Assembly (NCBI GenBank): GCA_964386385.1
Contig: CAYLRN010000001.1
Coordinates: 172,706 to 236,705, forward strand
Direction: 5' to 3'
Length of the DNA stretch: 64,000 bases
Origin: an uncultured Lentisphaeraceae bacterium
Lineage (GTDB): Bacteria > Verrucomicrobiota > Kiritimatiellia > RFP12 > UBA1067
The notes under the pieces were generated by a model. It searched no databases. It saw only the letters and a list, made by a program, of their open reading frames with translations, and was not told the DNA's origin. Made by a program: the position numbers and the translations under genes. Of the stretch, positions 61,901 through 64,000 are shown in pieces (the first letter of the stretch is position 1; every line of letters starts with the position of its first letter).

Positions 61901-62240
61901 CGTTCCTCTCCAGAAGCGCGAAGATGCGCCACGCCATGACGTCGCGGGCGTACGGATGGTCCGCCGCCCTGCGCAGTCCGCGCGCCCGGCCGCACTGCGC
62001 GGCAAGCCAGTCGTTCACGAATTCGGCGATTGGAATGAAATCGACGTTGGCAAGGACGCCGCATCCGCCCGCCCCCGTGACGAAAAACGACTGCAGATAG
62101 TCACGCGAGGCCGGGTCGCCGACGACGACGCACGTCCTGGCGAACGGGTCGCCCGACCTGCCGCGCGATGCGAACAGCCTCTCCGCAAGCGCCTCGATTC
62201 TGTCGCTCCAGTAGACCCGCAGGTCGAATTCCGCTTCCAT
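58959..62240 (-). CDS. recC: Exodeoxyribonuclease V gamma subunit-like protein (RecC family)
   Basis: Start at ATG 62240 gives MEAEFDLRVYWSDRIEALAERLF...DPFARTCVVVGDPASRDYLQSFF...GVLANVDFIPIAEFVNDWL. This parallels the E. coli RecC N-terminus (LRVYHSNRLDVL...DPF...ILVQS.GMAQWLQ...GIAANIDFPLP..FIW). The size (~1090 aa) fits. No recB or recD is adjacent. Confidence 0.75.
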   Translation of the reverse strand: MEAEFDLRVYWSDRIEALAERLFASRGRSGDPFARTCVVVGDPASRDYLQSFFVTGAGGCGVLANVDFIPIAEFVNDWLAAQCGRARGLRRAADHPYARDVMAWRIFALLERNAGDPAFSELTSYVEADRGGVARRRFALSCRIAALFDDYLASRHQMLCRWERGICGNEAPGWQSLLYRMLVEQSGDTYAADYADALSDDADLSLAFENGFRRYESVHVFDIAAAPLPYLQMLVQISRVVPVRFWSFNPSREYWLDNHTKRTAVRELAQRMKSCLASGAELPDSSPDAMFDTADDRLLGALATGARGVLSAELDFPINEPEWIGDDGGPEADFSALRELSAPAETHVCHSPRRELEAIRDGIHRFMRENPDARPHDVRILCADWNSYAPLVESVFGEGGDSAIPVSLDGGLESDSPIVHSFSELLALRDGRLTVNAVFSLLGVPSVRARFDVDAEGVDVLRDMAARANVHWGLDDDDVHDAIGGEKSVEALPFTWRRGLDRLALDALIGPREDEDATVSVPGIGRLLPCGHVEDDRAALAYRLWRFIRTLKGVRRLLREGRSISEWRERLLRVVDEIYADGEETMRETAALRKAIDSSLSSAERAEAICGEGGKWRLPGDVVCKAVLDAIVVPQRRGWTRCDSVKFAPLKNASAVPARFVWICGLNDGSFPRKEYRPSFDVIGRRPTLFDVSPRERDAFALLKAALGARGRLAFSYVGRDVRSNAEIPPAVPFSDLRDWFAYERRECGKGGMVEFVHPLQSYSICRFTADDGKAAALPPSYSPADYEIAAALFAGGENGEAKDGVAAFECAESAPTAVGLDDLAAFFANPSYFLWTRRLHARMDNPAYDVLEDDEPFNVKISNAEKRRLLFAGEPSSVELGEMSMRIVEKGRGPNAGEVANAILECASDVDAEKYRSLKIAFPKKEQSLQDEYGVPGDTVLSLCAQCEAAPDEGVVVEIPLDGHAVRIDGRMRFVDAETRNGMRSYAFAFSPGDEIYDSVKMETWVRHVVGHASGKRFVSVMMCGKKSPLQLYLPLEADDARRRLEELLRLAFARHVPQMPSSRSHDDSELFKSVMKEVGCADRIVKTTTRS

Positions 62241-62254
62241 CCGCTTCCCCTTCC

Positions 62255-62749
62255 CTATGCCGCGTCCCCGAAGAGCGCCGTCGCGCCGCGAACGAACCAG
62301 CATGCGTCAAGGGCGAGGACTGCCATCTTGGCCAGCGTCCCGAAAAGGAATCCGAGAAATCCACCAACTCCCCCGCGAAAGGCCTGCGACACTCCGCGCC
62401 CTGCGACCAGTTCCCCAAGCATCGCGCCAAGGAACGGCCCCAGCAATATTCCGAGCGGAAAGAAGAACGCGCCGACAAGCGTTCCGACGAAACACCCTAC
62501 AGTTCCCCAGCGCGAGCAGTTGAACTTCTTCGCGGCCATGGACGGAAGCGCGTAGTCGAGCGCGAACGCGACGGCGGCGGCCGCGCCGGCAATAGTCAGC
62601 TGCGAAGTTGAAAGCGCGGCCGATGTCGGACAAAGGCAGAGCAGCGCGGCGAAGCCCGCGACGACGCCCGGCAGAACGGGAACGACGCATCCGACGAACC
62701 CCACCAGAAGCAGGACCGCTCCAAGAACTGTCAGCGCGACGTCGGTCAT
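62255..62749 (-). CDS. DUF456-family small membrane protein
   Basis: Start at ATG 62749, overlapping the upstream stop (ATGA). It has four hydrophobic helices: MTDVALTVLGAVLLLVGFVGCVVPVLPGVVAGFAALL...GPFLGAMLGELVAG. Confidence 0.7.
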   Translation of the reverse strand: MTDVALTVLGAVLLLVGFVGCVVPVLPGVVAGFAALLCLCPTSAALSTSQLTIAGAAAAVAFALDYALPSMAAKKFNCSRWGTVGCFVGTLVGAFFFPLGILLGPFLGAMLGELVAGRGVSQAFRGGVGGFLGFLFGTLAKMAVLALDACWFVRGATALFGDAA

Positions 62750-63957
62750 GGATTCGCGCCGTAGAGCATCAGCCCGCCATACGTCCAGTTCGGATTCGGC
62801 ATTCCCGGAAAGTTCGCCCGGTCCATCGTCAGCATCACGTACTTGAACGGAAATCCGTCCGGCAGCTCCGCGATGCAGGGCCAGACCCGGCCGTTGCGGC
62901 AGACGTCGTCCCACGGCGGGAAGTCCATCTCAAGCGTCCCCCTCAACTTCAGGTGCGGATATTCGTAGACGTGTATCGCGCGGTCGGCGCTGCCGCTGAA
63001 GCAGTGGCGGACGCCGTCGATCCACGCGATCGTCGTCCCGGTGGAGTCGCGCTCGACGGGGCCGGCGACGTTCACGAACACGCCGTCCCACTCGCGCGAT
63101 TCAAGCATCGAGGCGCGAATGCCCTTTGGGGTGAACTCCGAGACGAAAAGACGCCAGCGCTTAGCCGCCTCGTCCCAGGTGGCGCACGGGTCTTCGTTCA
63201 TGCCCTTCAGGCCGAGCGATTTCGCCCGCATCACGGAAAGCCCGTGAAGAGGGGACTTCTCGCTCCACGCGACGTTGAGGCCGCCCTCGGCGCGACGGTT
63301 GAGTCCGTCCGTCCCCGTCGAGAAGTTGCTTGCGTAGCATTTCCAGAAGCCGTCCTTCTCGTCGAAGAAGATATGGCTCGCCAGGTCGTTGCGCAGTTTC
63401 CCATCATCGTAGTCGAAGAGAATCGCCCCTTCAAGGCGAACGTCGAAGAGCGACGGGTCGAAACTGGCTACGGCCTGGAACGCGCCATATGCGCGAGCGC
63501 TGAACGTGAAGAATACGCGGTCGTTCTCCATGTAGACGTGGTTCTGGCGGTCGCGGCAGACGAAGCGGACGTCCGCCTGCCCGATTCCGGCCGTGAGCGA
63601 AGCGGATGCGTCGACGACGTTCGTCGAGACGCAGAACTTCAGCCTCCCCATGTTCGAGCGCAGGGACGGGTCGAAGCCCTTGTCCAGCTCGGCAATGCGC
63701 AGAAGAGACGTCTTGCCGTCCTTCGTCGCGAACACCGCCGAACGCATCCGGCACGTCATGAGCACGGAAAGGTCGAACGGCGGAGGCGGAAGCCCCTTCG
63801 TCTTCCCGTCCACTCCGAAGCGCATGGCGACGTCGCCGTCCTTCGCCGCGAACGCGATCTCGGCCGGAAGCGAATCGACGCGGGCGCGGTAGTGCGCGGC
63901 AGGCCAGTATCCGCCGACGACGCGCAGGCCGGCGTTCGTAAGTACCGGATGCATCAC
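62746..63957 (-). CDS. Hypothetical protein, possibly a beta-propeller glycosidase-like fold
   Basis: 403 aa with normal composition and no signal peptide. I recognise no family with confidence. Confidence 0.55.
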   Translation of the reverse strand: MMHPVLTNAGLRVVGGYWPAAHYRARVDSLPAEIAFAAKDGDVAMRFGVDGKTKGLPPPPFDLSVLMTCRMRSAVFATKDGKTSLLRIAELDKGFDPSLRSNMGRLKFCVSTNVVDASASLTAGIGQADVRFVCRDRQNHVYMENDRVFFTFSARAYGAFQAVASFDPSLFDVRLEGAILFDYDDGKLRNDLASHIFFDEKDGFWKCYASNFSTGTDGLNRRAEGGLNVAWSEKSPLHGLSVMRAKSLGLKGMNEDPCATWDEAAKRWRLFVSEFTPKGIRASMLESREWDGVFVNVAGPVERDSTGTTIAWIDGVRHCFSGSADRAIHVYEYPHLKLRGTLEMDFPPWDDVCRNGRVWPCIAELPDGFPFKYVMLTMDRANFPGMPNPNWTYGGLMLYGANP

Positions 63958-64000
63958 CGACGCGGCTACGGCGGTGTCCGGCCTGTACTCGCACAGCGTC

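Overview
High-GC bacterial chromosomal window, by eye well above 60% GC. Gene content suggests a PVC-group organism (Verrucomicrobia, Lentisphaerae or Kiritimatiellae-like): a roughly 700-aa GreA, giant LamG / autotransporter-beta-repeat surface proteins, and a DUF1080 domain. That taxonomic guess is inference only. I support about 49 protein genes, mostly on the minus strand and often joined by ATGA or TGATG start/stop overlaps.

Housekeeping genes: argC (partial), purN, cstA, recR-ybaB, purC, an rluB-like gene, accD-accA, lspA, a dksA-like gene, long greA, purM, tsaD, hslO, folB and recC. There is also a glycan-utilisation block (unknown 1099-aa secreted protein, GH2, ROK kinase, CE7 esterase).

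I saw no rRNA, tRNA, CRISPR array, transposase or integrase.

The most unusual region is 7678-16270 (minus strand). It holds a KS-like protein and an AT/DH/PPTase protein whose catalytic motifs look substituted. These are followed by a glycyl radical enzyme with an N-terminal signal-like leader and a DUF1080 lectin-like domain, and then by a radical-SAM activase with a Tat-like leader.

Other points:
- Near-consensus promoters with A10/A9 homopolymer spacers sit upstream of both giant LamG proteins, which suggests phase variation.
- A family of GGGAGGG/GGTAGGG-flanked GC hairpins with covarying stems fills several intergenic regions.
- An 8-bp-periodic TTAAG/TCAAG array is present at two loci.
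- A low-GC toxin-antitoxin islet lies at 1.2-3.5 kb.
- There is a MurU-AmgK fusion, an AceK-like 736-aa protein coupled to hslO, and two apparently leaderless PDDEXK_9/AAA-ATPase-like paralogs.

Many long Arg/Ala/Gly-rich ORFs in the track are antisense or off-frame shadows typical of high-GC DNA, and I rejected them.
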